Of a stretch of 64,000 nucleotides of DNA, positions 14,100 to 25,740 are shown piece after piece. Position 1 is the stretch's first letter, and the number at the start of each line of letters is the position of its first letter. The position numbers and the translations under genes were made by a program. The notes under the pieces are model-generated. The model was given only the letters and a program-made list of their open reading frames with translations. It did no database searches and was not told the DNA's origin. The DNA is taken from assembly GCA_964016885.1 (NCBI GenBank), contig OZ024742.1, positions 243,970,001 to 244,034,000 on the forward strand. The letters are read 5' to 3'. Source of the stretch: Eledone cirrhosa. Taxonomy: Eukaryota.

Positions 14100-14720
14100 T
14101 CATCCACCACTACCATCTCCCCTCCCCATCCCCTTTATTCCTGAGCAGGTCGTGGGGGCAGAGTCCTCTAATATGCCTTCCAGCAGATCCTGTCAGAAGC
14201 AACCATCTCCATCTGACCCAGCTCGATCCCCAAGCAAGACCAGCCAAGCTCATGGATGTTATCCAACCATCTTGCTTGGGGTCTACCCCTGGGTCTCCTG
14301 CCAGTTGGTTTTGCCCGTAAAATCTGTCCAGCGATTTTTTTTCCTGAGCTAGTCTAACCACATGCCCATAGTATTTGAGCTGCGATCTCTCAATATGGAG
14401 AACTAGTGGCTCTACCTGGAGTGACTCTCTGATCTCTGAGCTACACACTCTATCGAGTAACGTTACGCCAAAGACCCTCCGGGGAAATCCCATTTTGGCA
14501 GCTTGTATTTGCAATTGTATTCTTTCAGTCATTACCTAAGATTCATGACCATAGGTAAGGGTTGGCACAATACCGAATTGAAGATAGCGAGTTTGGCTTT
14601 TACACCTACCTCTCTTCTGATTACTGCACCAGCTCTTGCAATTCTCGCACTAAATTCAGCCTCCTGCCTTCCATCATTCGTGAACATGGCCTTGAGATAC
14701 TTGAGCTTCTCCACCTGCTT
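14100..14720 (-). mobile_element. RTE fragment resembling Rex3/Expander-type elements
   Basis: QVEKLKYL..FTNDGRQEAEFSARI, MTERIQLQIQAAKMGF.RRV.GVTLLDRV.SSEIRESLQVEPLVLHIERSQLKYYGHV. The 3' end tgcccccacgacctgctcaggaataa resembles the Expander/Rex3 terminal motif (from memory). Confidence 0.85.
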
Positions 14721-15180
14721 CAGTGGAACTAATTTTACTAAATCCATCCAAATCCTTCTGTAATTAATTGAAATACAATGTATTTCAATTCTCTGCTATT
14801 CTTAAAAACATTACTTTTAAATATTACCTTCTTATTCTTCTTACAATGAGACTGTTGCTGTCTCAGGTTGTTGTCGTTTGCCTGATTGAGATCAGAGATC
14901 AGTTTCTAGGGCCTATCGTGAGGAGGCCACAACCTGGGCCCCAAAATATTACCTGGAGATAGTTTGTAGGCTTTTTCTTGCAGGTTCTCTAGCCACCACA
15001 AAGTGTTGTACTGTGCATAAGACATAAAAACAAATCCCTCAACAACTCTCCTTATGCAACTGTCCTCTCATTTATATAGTGTCAAATTTGTAAATATATA
15101 TATATATATATCTATATTTTTAAATTGATTTTTGTTTTTAGAGTCTCAATTAACATCTTTTTCTTTATTTATTTATCCAG

Positions 15181-15294
15181 CAACTGGCCTCTACATCAGG
15201 TTTTCAAAGTGCTGCTCGAGAACTACTAGAATGGTGCTCTGACACCAGAGCTTTCCAGAGACCATTTGAAAATGGTCTGATGGGTTGTTTAACT
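15181..15294 (+). CDS. ZMIZ1: Internal coding exon of ZMIZ1 (zinc finger MIZ-type 1), N-terminal TPR-like domain; [38 protein letters not shown]
   Basis: T-rich tract and ...ttatccAG acceptor ending at 15180; GTAAGT donor at 15295; 114 bp open in phase 0/0. The translation matches human ZMIZ1 [38 protein letters not shown] (recalled from memory) at 24/38 positions, including RAFQRPFE and LMGCLT. Confidence 0.93.
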
Positions 15295-15549
15295 GTAAGT
15301 ATTATGGTTCTTTGTTTTGTAATACAATTTAAGGTTTGCTAGGTGAAAGTAGTTGTCACTATCGTTCTGTGATTGGATCATTAGCTATCAAAATATAAAT
15401 AAATATTAACTTGAACAATTTATTTATCAATATACAAATTTTAAAATAGCATCCAGCCTATGCTTACTTTAGAAATGGATATAAGATCACTTTAAGAAAC
15501 AAAAAAAGAAGAAAAACATTATTTAATCTGACTCCTGACTCCCTCACCC

Positions 15550-15639
<90 letters not shown>

Positions 15640-15689
15640 TTTTGTTTTTGTTTTGCAAGATTTATCTGAAAATGTGTGTTGAAACATAT

Positions 15690-15920
15690 TGTTATACTCT
15701 GGGAGGGTCATGCTGCCAATAAAAACACATGCATCTGTTGGTTTTCACTTCAATTTATTATAAATTTCCACTTGGTTGGTTTAATAACTGGATGGTTGTT
15801 TATTTATTATCAGAGCTCTTTGATCACACATTCTGTGAACTCCTCAGTGACTAACTTGTTATTTTGTGTCTCTCCTTTGTTCTATCCTACACCATCTTGT
15901 TTTTGTGTGTTGTGTGCTGT
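15690..15920 (+). repeat. About 230-bp dispersed repeat, possibly the pseudo-LTR of the adjacent Penelope-like element
   Basis: An inverted copy lies at about 29700-29935; this copy sits just upstream of the PLE coding remnant. Confidence 0.7.
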
Positions 15921-16169
15921 GTATTTCAGTTGTGCATGCATTATATATATGTGTGTGTATGTTTTTATTTATTTATACAAGACAATGACAGAGGAAATAA
16001 CTAGGATGAACACACAGACACACTTAACAGATGATAAAATAACAATGACACAGAGGTAAGGGACAGGAGAAACAATGAGGGACATAGAAACAACCATGAA
16101 GCTGTTGGTGGAAGTAGGGACAACACAATTGGTACTAACAACATAGGCAATGTAGGCAATACACCCTCG

Positions 16170-17095
16170 AGTTCCACTTTCTATAACCCATCTGATAAAT
16201 CCTTCGACATGCGGCACATTTATCTGACGATGTTAATGTTTAACAAACGCACTATTTCCTATCACAAGCAGAGGTTTAATTCACAATAGCTAGGGCTAAA
16301 CTTCATCCATTGCATACAGTTCTCTAGCTACAATCAGAGACAGGATCAGAGTATATAAAAGAGCCAGGGCCAAATGGACAAAGATTGTAGAAAATGCTGC
16401 GAATGGGACTTGCCCCATGTATAGGAGCAAATTTTGGAATAGGATAGAAAGAATTACAAAGAAGACTAATAAAGTCAACTTGTGGTTTGCCAGCAATAAA
16501 TACCAGAGTGTAATGTTCGTCAATGGAACCCTCAGAGGTGAACTATCTTACAGATTTAGAAGGGCTCTAGACAAACTGAAATTAAATATTAAGATATATT
16601 TCTTTATTTGCCATAAGGGCGCACAAGAAAAGGGGACAATACAAAGACACATGCCGGGGATTTGACATACAGTCGTGTAAAAATATTGAAACAAACAATT
16701 ATAACAATTGAAATCCCCAATAGGGGTAAAGCGCCACAAATGGGTTGTTTAATACCCCGTTGATAGAACAACCCTCAACTTCAGGAGCGTGTTGTGCAAG
16801 TGCTCCTTTCTTCCTTTTGCTCTCTTCTTTAACCTACAGGCTTATAAACAGAGAAGGCCCAATCACTCGGGCCATTTTCGCTTCATTCACCCACCTTTCA
16901 GTAAATTTACTGGGATAGTTGAAAGACTAGGTATTCCCATAAAAGCTCTAATTAGTAGAACATATCCTTTTGAAAAAAAAAACCCTGCACTGATAGGAAA
17001 TGTATAGTTTGCAAATTAAGCCACACATTATCTGCAAAACTAGTAATGTAGTATATAGCATAAGATGTACGGAGGGACAATGTAGGAATAGGAAC
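16170..17095 (+). mobile_element. Penelope-like element remnant (RT thumb/linker to start of GIY-YIG endonuclease), interrupted at 16597-16913
   Basis: With frameshifts: IQFSSYNQR-DRIRVYKRA...GTCPMYRSKFWNRIER...WFASNKYQSVMFV...KLNIK|IVERLG...PF...CTDRKCIVC...ICKTSNVVYSIRC...C. This is the linker, Cys cluster and NVVYxIxC pattern preceding GIY-YIG in PLEs. Confidence 0.75.
16597..16913 (-). mobile_element. Short retroposon (SINE or LINE tail) nested in the PLE remnant
   Basis: GATA is duplicated at 16593-16596 and 16914-16917; the minus strand ends gcccttatggcaaataaagaaatata; excision restores the frame NIK-IVER. Confidence 0.65.
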
Positions 17096-18019
17096 ACAAC
17101 TTACATGTGTGTGTGTATATATACACACACACACACGCACGCACGCACGCACGCACGCACGCACATCATCATTTCCCTGCTAGCAAGGGTTGGACAAGTC
17201 TACATAGATCAAGTCAGTTCTGAAGCAGGGCTACTGACCTCTCAGAATATTACGTTCTAGTGAATGCACAAGGGAGGTTATCATGTCTTTGACACAACTG
17301 AAAAGTCCTCCTAACCCTTTGCCTGGCAAGCTTTATACGGCTTGATGCTCCTCATATCATCAACCACTTTACAGCATGTACTGGTTCTGTTTATCATGTA
17401 GATTACCAACACTAGATAGGTTGTCATGCCATGACATTACTGAAAAGTCCTTTCAACTCTTTTTAGACATGATTTCTACAGCAGGTTGCCCTTCCTGTTG
17501 CCAACAACCTTTCAGGGTGTATCAGATGCATTTTTGTGACACCAATGCTAGAGATGTTGTTGATCTGTAGGGTGGGAGTGAAGGAAGGGGTATAAGTATG
17601 AAGTTATGACAAGTGTGGTGTGATGTGATAGGGAAGAGTGGGGAAGGAGAAGTGGTGACTTCTGATAACTCAGAGGTAGGGGGATGCATTGTTGAGAACA
17701 CCAAAGCAGAGATAGTGGTGATGGTGGTGAATGGTTTGGTCAAAAGTGTGGCTGGTGGTGGGGTGATGGCACTCACCAGTGCTTGGAAAGGGAAGATGTA
17801 GTGAGGGAGAGAATAGCTCTAAGGAGTGATAGGGGGCATGGGTGAAGAGAGTAGCTACTAGAGTGCTATAGTGAGGGTATCTAAGGGCTTTAGAGAGGAC
17901 AACAACTAAGGAGTAATACTGAAGGGGGAATGGATGGAGTCGGGATGTGTATTGATGGTGAGGATAGCAACAAGGGAGTGCTAGAAGAAGGGGGTTTGCG
18001 AGGATAAGTCAGGTCACAT

Positions 18020-18194
18020 TGTATACTGTTGGTTGGGTCTTCACCAGGTATGGAAGATAGCAGCTGCATAAAAAAATCCAGAAAACCCCACTGGCTGGGA
18101 CTCGTTGAAGAGGCAGACCCTGGAAGACTTGAGATGAAGTTGTGAAGATCAACCTTAAAAAATTAATCTCGCAGTAGATAACAAAGGACCTCAA

Positions 18195-18195
<1 letters not shown>
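18020..18195 (+). mobile_element. RTE 3' fragment
   Basis: RGRPWKT*DEVVKINLKKL matches the RTE C-terminal GRPRKTW motif. Confidence 0.55.
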
Positions 18196-18271
<76 letters not shown>

Positions 18272-18824
18272 ATGATTAAAAAAATATTTGATTACAAATA
18301 TCTATATAATTTTTCATAAGTTTGTAATTTTTCTCTGATATTTTAACTTTAAATATGTTCATACTATTTAAATCAAATGTTATTGTATGTTTTGAAAAGA
18401 GGTTACACTGGTTGATTTTTAATCATTACTAATTATGAAATATTACATGAAGGAAATATGCAATGTTTTAAAGGAAATGCCTTTTTAATTTGTCAACTTA
18501 TTATTATTTATACATAACTTTCCTATGAAGCAACTTTCTGCAGATAAATTGTCAATTTAACACTCACTAATTGCTTTAAATGTTAATCTAATTCATAAAT
18601 GCTGTGATAAGACCAAAATTAGCTTCATTGATTTATTTGAACAATATCAAAATATGAAGTAATTTTAGTAATTTTCTTATGCGGCAGATGGGACAAAAAC
18701 AATAACATGTCCATTTTAATTGATAATACGCCTGTTATCATTGTTGTTATTGTCATCAGTGGGAATATTTTCTACTCCAACAATGGCAATAACAAAAACG
18801 GCTTTGGAATAACTTTTCTATGCT

Positions 18825-19036
18825 AATCCCTTTTGTTAGCATATTTTTAATAAAAGATACTACCCGTGGTTTAGAATTCAGAAGGATTTAGCAAAATAAC
18901 TGATTTTCTCATAACAAAGGGTCTTTCATAAAATTACGAGGAAAGGATTTTAGATAAATATAAACACTTTGAAATAAACAGCTTAATATCTCAGAATCAA
19001 GGGAAGTTTCATGTGGGTTGGTATTAAAAGGGTTAA
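18825..19036. mobile_element. piggyBac-type MITE family B
   Basis: CCCTTTTGTTAGCATATT...GGTATTAAAAGGGTTAA. Confidence 0.6.
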
Positions 19037-19350
19037 CTACATGTAGGTATGCTACAATACTTTTGGAAAATATATATTTTATGGTTATATTTTTAAAATC
19101 AATAAATAGTCTTTTGTAGGTTTTAGTTATTGAACTGTGGTAATTCTAGGACACTGCCTTCAAAGAGTTTTAGTCAATCTTATTACCCCTAATATCTATT
19201 TTATCCATCTCTATAAATTACTTTTTGACATAAAGTACAGTACTCTACACAGTGTTTATACCAGTATATACAATCATAGAGACACACACACATACACACA
19301 CATGCAGGCAAACACACACGCACGCACGCACGCACGCACGCACGCGCGCG

Positions 19351-19438
<88 letters not shown>

Positions 19439-20109
19439 AAATTAAATAGTGCCAATGACTGTTCAGTTTTCAGGGTCTCCGAGGAAGTTCATTCTCAACC
19501 TAGTCGGAATACTTGCAACAGATTGAACTCCATTAAAAGCACACAAGAACTCAGAATGCAAATGATTTTAAACAACTACAGCAAGGTATCTTGTCTGACA
19601 CTAACAATTCTGCCAATGGACTGGTGCTGTATTTTATCAGCCCTAAAACAACGAAAGGCAAAGTTGAGTGTAGCAGGATTTGAACACAGAGTGCAGAGAA
19701 CCAAAACAAATACTACTAGATATTTTGTTCTCCTTTCTAACAACTCTGCCAATTCAATAGTTAGCATGAGACAACAGAAGACTTGCTCAAGGTGTCATGT
19801 AACGGGACTGAATGCTATTATTTTATTGATCCTTACAGGGTCGATAAAATAAAGCACTAGTAATGCATTGGGGTTGATTTAACTGAACCTTCACCCCCTA
19901 CCCCCGAATTGTTGGTCTTGTGCCTAAATAGAAATTGTACCAGTAATGCACTGGGTAATTGCTGGCCTTGTGCCTAAAGTAGAAACAATTATTATGTGAA
20001 ACTTCTTTGAATTCTGCTTCTTTCCCGTATCTTGCCAAGTGTCAAGATGACACCTAAGGCAAAATTTGGTAATACACACATTTAACAATCAATTGGCATG
20101 CAGACGATA

Positions 20110-20147
<38 letters not shown>

Positions 20148-21370
20148 GTGTTTTTAAATTTTATTTTTTTTTCATTAAAAGTTTCAAATAGAAGCATAGT
20201 AATATAATTTAAGGTTAAAATCAAGAAGTGAAATATATCATATCATGTAAGCTGGGTGAGACTTGAATTTGTAAACTTTGAAATTGTGTTATAGTTTCTG
20301 ATATCACATGAAAATTGGAAGGCATGGCAATGTGGTTCAGAAGTTTACTTCATAACCACGTAGTTCTGGTTTTAATCCCACTGTGCAACACCTTGAATAA
20401 ATATGTTCCATGACTTTGGGTTGATCAATACATTGTGAGTGGACTTTGGTCAATGGAAACTATGCAGAAGCCCATAATATGTGTGTGTGTTTATCTTTAC
20501 ATCTGCCTGTAAACCAGTGTGACAAAAAATGAACTGGGATTTGTATAACTAAAAATCCTTGAAGTCGGTGTCCCAGCATAAGAATATAAGTGATTCATTG
20601 TCATTTACTTTTCTCTTTACCCCCCCCCCCCCCCCATACACACACACATCTAATTTAATCTTACCTGTAGATGGTTGATTAATTAAGACATTTTTAAAAG
20701 TACCTTCAAATGTTAGTGTAGAAGGTAAACAAAAATAAGTTTCTTCAGGTTGTTAAAGAACGTTTTATTTACTTATTTTTTAAAAAATTCCATGTAATAC
20801 ATTTAGAAGCATTAAATTAAAATTCCACTTGAGACTTGCATTGCCTGCAGTTAAATTAATTCATTGAGTATTATGATAGAATCTGAAAGGTGTGAATTTG
20901 ATTCAATTTTAATCATGACTAGTATTTTCATTACTTAATTTCTGTCTGTCTGTGTGCGTGTGTGTGTCTAGGAGGACAGTAGTTCCAATTAAGTACTTGT
21001 TTGGTCTGTGGTGGCTCACCCAGCATATGCCTGCATTAGACGGGCCTAATAGTGGATGAGTTCAAATGTAGGTTAATCCACCATGCACACTTCTGGTGCA
21101 TGGGCAGGGAGAATTCTGCTTCCTTGTCCTATTTCATCTGGAAGCTCCGGGACCAGAGAAACAACATCCTCCACATCAAATGAAGTATCCAAGACATTAC
21201 ACCACCTTTGCATAATCAAAAGTTTGACACATTAAAATCTGTATTTTACTTTAAATAAAAATATGAGAGTTGGTATCAAGGAGACCACATAATTCTGTCA
21301 CACAATGTCTCATTCAAATCATGCCGGTATGGAAATATGGATGTAAAATTAATGATGATGAAGAGTAGTG

Positions 21371-21433
<63 letters not shown>

Positions 21434-23299
21434 TTATACCTAATGGCTAGCTAATATACATTCTGTTGTTTATAATTTTACTTAGATCATTTCAATAACT
21501 AGACAATATTTGGCTCAAGCATTCATTTAAAATCCAGTTTAATTTTAGATATTTTAGTTTCAAGCTAATTTAATCTATTTTTATCAAAAGTTTTCATTAC
21601 TATAAATCTGTTTCCAAACTTCAGAAAATATAACATTTTAACAAAATTGCATTTACGAAATCCTATTTCATTATTTTAAGATTTCTATTATCTAATTCAA
21701 TTTGGCTGTGGGTTTATTTATCTTATCCTGCAGCATACTCTAATTGATGTAATCTGTGATACTTAGATTATCTTCATTAGGAATTGGTTAAGAATCACAG
21801 ATTTGATACACTGATTGATGGCACGCCATTTAAAATACTTCTGTTACCTTATAGGCAAATCAAAGCAATTATATTTCCACAATCACTAACTCAAGAAAAC
21901 AATATATATATATATCCATCCTAATAAAACCACTTGTTTTATCAAAACAATTGGTTATGTCTGGAACTTATAAACATAACAAAAAATTAAGAGTGGGTGG
22001 TTGAAATTTTAATTTAAAATATTTTTATAGGCAATATTCTAAATGATATTCAATGTAGTATTATTTGATCTAACTTCCTCACAATTGACAACTGTTCTTT
22101 ATTGTTGTTGTTTCCTTTAAATCATTGATAAAACAAATAAAAATAAAGAACTATTCTACTTTATGTTATCTTTCGGTTCACACTAGTTTTGCTATCTAGA
22201 TGTAATCTTCTTAATTGCTAACTGCCAAATACTACTTAGAACTTTAAATGCTAACAAGAATGCCTTTCACCGAGTTTCTAGTATCTGAGGCAATTCATTT
22301 TACTTCAATTCCTTTCATCTTCTAAACTACTCAAATTCCATTCCTGCTTTTAGGGAGCAGCATTCATATGCTATTGATCTGTTAAATCCTTCAACATTGT
22401 TGATGGGAAGTATTTTGAAGAAATTTTCAAATCAATTCAACCTGTAATTGCTTTAGCCACTAATGGCCAACTGAAACATTGAGAATTTGCAATATCTCAC
22501 TCATTGACAGACACAGAACAGCTCTGTTTTACTCATCCATCTGATATTTCTATGATTTCCCTGAAGAATCCTATTCATTAATTATGTAAACTAAAGTCAA
22601 TAGAGTTGGCTCACAGCATAGAAAGCTGGCAGTTTTCACCTCATATTTCTGAATTTAAATACTGTAAACACCTATTTTTTTCTTTTTTGTGAATATATTT
22701 CTATTGACATACACTGCCAGTGTAATTGTTTAATTTTTTGAATAGATACTCAAGGATTTAGTAATATAATTAACTTTGTCATTGTTTAAATGGTGTTTAG
22801 ATGTGTTTAGAACATAACTTACTAAAAGGTTCTTACATAAAAATAATGAAGGGAAATTTCAATTTAGCTTTAAACACATTAAATCAATATCATAGAACCA
22901 GGGGCAGTTTCATGTGGTTTGGTATGAAAAGGATTAAGTTTCTTATACTTCTGAGATGGACTGGAATCAAGTGACATACTTATGTACTTCCCCTTACTAA
23001 AGTAGTGCTCAGAGGAAGAGGAGCTTTTTAAAATTTGACTGTTTTATGTAAATAAAACTGTATCAGTAATATAATAGGAATTAATTTATAAAGACTTGGC
23101 TGTTAACAAAATGCCTAACTAGCTAGCAGGGAAAATGTAGGTTTAATGGTACTGGTGGTGGTGGTGGCAGTGACGGCAGGGATTATGAGGATTCAGTGTT
23201 CAAGATGCAGATAGGAGTTCAGAATATTCAATATAGGTGATGGTAGTTAAGCTATAGACACATGAATTGCTATAAACATAGGTAACTGTGTAAGTTTAG

Positions 23300-24415
23300 T
23301 AGAGAGGGAGTTAGATAGGCTGAGTGTATCAGTGAAGTGGTAGAACCAATAGTGATGGGGGGAGTTAGGTTGAGTCTATCAATAAAGTGATCATCATCAT
23401 CATCATCATTCGTCGACTACTGTCGAGATGATGGATCTCACTCTCATGCCCCAGAATTCCCTGCTCCCATCGCTTTCCCAGGTCCTGTCTACTTATTCCC
23501 GTATCCCTAGAGATAACGTCAGGGAATGACAGCTTCCTACTCCTAGTCAGGCTGGAGTCAGGGTTCCAGAGCAAGAGAGCGGATATGATTTCATTGCTGG
23601 CACGGTGACAGTGGTCAGCAAATTGAGCTCTCCGGGATTTTAGAAGGGCAGAGGCTCGAGGGAGTTTGCCATAGATTTTAGACAAAGTGGGATGTCGTTT
23701 CCAGGATAGGTTTTGCACTCTCATTAAGAGGCGGGTATATGTGCCATCCAATCTCCTCTCAAGTTGTGATGTTAGTGTCCAAGTTTCGGATCCATAAAGT
23801 AATATGGGCTTAATGCTTGGAATATTTCCAGTTTTAGCTTGTTGGTAAGTTGAGATGTCCATATGGCGTGCATGTCATTGCACGCTGACCATGCCATACC
23901 CTTCCTGGTTAGAAAATCTTTTTTGGAGGAGGATACTTGTAATCTTCTACCTGCTTAAGGGTGGTACCATTAAGGGTTCTGATGGGGTAGTTTGGGCTGT
24001 TTGCGCATCTGTTCACATACTCAGTGATAGAACCAGTAGTGAAGAAGTTAGATAGGTTGAGTCTATCAATGTAGTGGTAGAAGCAGTAGTGAGGGAGTTA
24101 GGTTGAGTCTATCAATGTAGTGGTAGAACCAGTAGGGAGGGAGTTAGGTTGAGTCTATCAATGTAGTGGTAGAACCAGTAGTGAGGGAGTTAGGTTGAGT
24201 CTATCAATGTAGTTGTAGAACCAGTAGTGAGGGAGTTAGGTTGAGTCTATCAATGTAGTGGTAAAACCAGTAGTGAGGGAGTTAGGTTGAGTCTATCAAT
24301 GTAGTGGTAGAACCAGTAGTGAGGGAGTTAGGTTGAGTCTATCAATGTAGTTGTAGAACCAGCTCTATCAACGAAGTGATAGAACCAGGTCTATCAATGA
24401 AGTGATAGAACCAGC
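23300..24415. repeat. 46-bp minisatellite GAGTCTATCAATGTAGTGGTAGAACCAGTAGTGAGGGAGTTAGGTT, split by a LINE at 23392-24022
   Basis: Period 46 (24151, 24197); degenerate units also at 23300-23391. Confidence 0.9.
23392..24022 (-). mobile_element. 5'-truncated RTE LINE of a second family, inserted in a minisatellite
   Basis: LLYGSETWTLT...RLDGTYTRLLMRVQN...QFADHCHR...LLLW; (GAT)n tail; AGTGAT duplicated at 23386-23391 and 24023-24028. Confidence 0.88.
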
Positions 24416-24437
24416 AATATTTATGGACATTAACATG

Positions 24438-25173
24438 TCATCATCATCATCATCATCATCAGGTTTAGCATCCGTGTTCCACGCTTGCATGGGTTTGGAC
24501 GGGGGTTTTCCCACTTGAGGCAAGAGTGGTTGTCTTGCTCGCATAGGACTGTCTGGCGGGTTTTCTACAGTTGGATGCCCTTCCTAACACCAACCACATT
24601 TACAGTGTGGGGCTGGGAGGTTTTTACCGTGTTGCCTACACGGCCACATTACAGCGTGGACTGTCTGGCGGGTTTTCTACAGCTGGATGCCCTTCCTAAC
24701 ACCAACCACATTTACAGTGTGGGGCTGGGAGGTTTTTACCGTGTTGCCTACACGGCCACATTTACAGCGTGGACTGTGTGTTTTTTGTCGTGACACCTAC
24801 ACGATCTCATTTGTTTCGGCCTGGATGTTGTGGGACCAACATAACTTTACATTGAAAGGGGCGGTGTGGGTGGGGTGGAGGTGGTGGGACGGGGGTGTGT
24901 TTTGATAGAGATGCCTACTGACTGTAGTAGGTTTTTACTTTGTATTTAGGTAAGGCGGGTCTTCTCTATTACTGAGTACCGCCAAAGGTCTCGGTCCAGT
25001 GACATTGTCTTGGAGAGGTGTAAGCGTGTGAGGTCGGAATTTATCAGCTCGTCCCATGTTTTTCTGGGTCTGCCTACTCCGTGGCTACCGTCTATCTTTA
25101 TTGCCCTGCACTTTGTTATACAGCTGTCGTCTTTCATGCGCATCACGTGACCGTACCAACGTAGCCTTCTCTC
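24438..25173 (-). mobile_element. 5'-truncated copy of the 52.6-56.2 kb RTE family, with complete 3'UTR and (GAT)n tail
   Basis: Peptide MRMKDDSCITKCRAIKIDGSHGVGRPRKTWDELINSDLTRLHLSKTMSLDRDLWRYSVIEKTRLT is nearly identical to the C-terminus of the long copy. The 3'UTR has a 112-bp tandem duplication (24546-24770); the (TCA)n tail is at 24438-24460. Confidence 0.92.
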
Positions 25174-25653
25174 ATAGCAGTCCTCTATGATTGTTATGAA
25201 AATCGCACTAGTTGTTTTGTTTACACACTGGCTCAGTTTTAATTACATCAAAATCTATTTTCAAACTGAATATCTCAGAACAATTCTATTCATACACATA
25301 CAACATTGTTGGTTGGCTTTTGGCATAAAGATTATGAGTTCAAAATTTTAAAATTGCATTAGACATCTAGGTAAAGCATATTATTTAATGTTACTTAAAA
25401 TATGTAGCACATCCATTTCAAAAGTGAATACTTTACATTAGGTTAAGTCAACTATAAAAAAATATTTACTCCAAGAATTCATGTTATTGATTGCTAAATG
25501 AGAAAGGAAAATATAAAAATATATCCAAGAGAATGAAAGGCTTTCATTGACAACACAGTGCCACACGTTTTCATACACCTCAACTCACATCATATAGTTT
25601 CACAGTATGCATTATTTTTATTGTGTGAAATTATGTAGTGCTGCAATCTCCCT

Positions 25654-25740
<87 letters not shown>

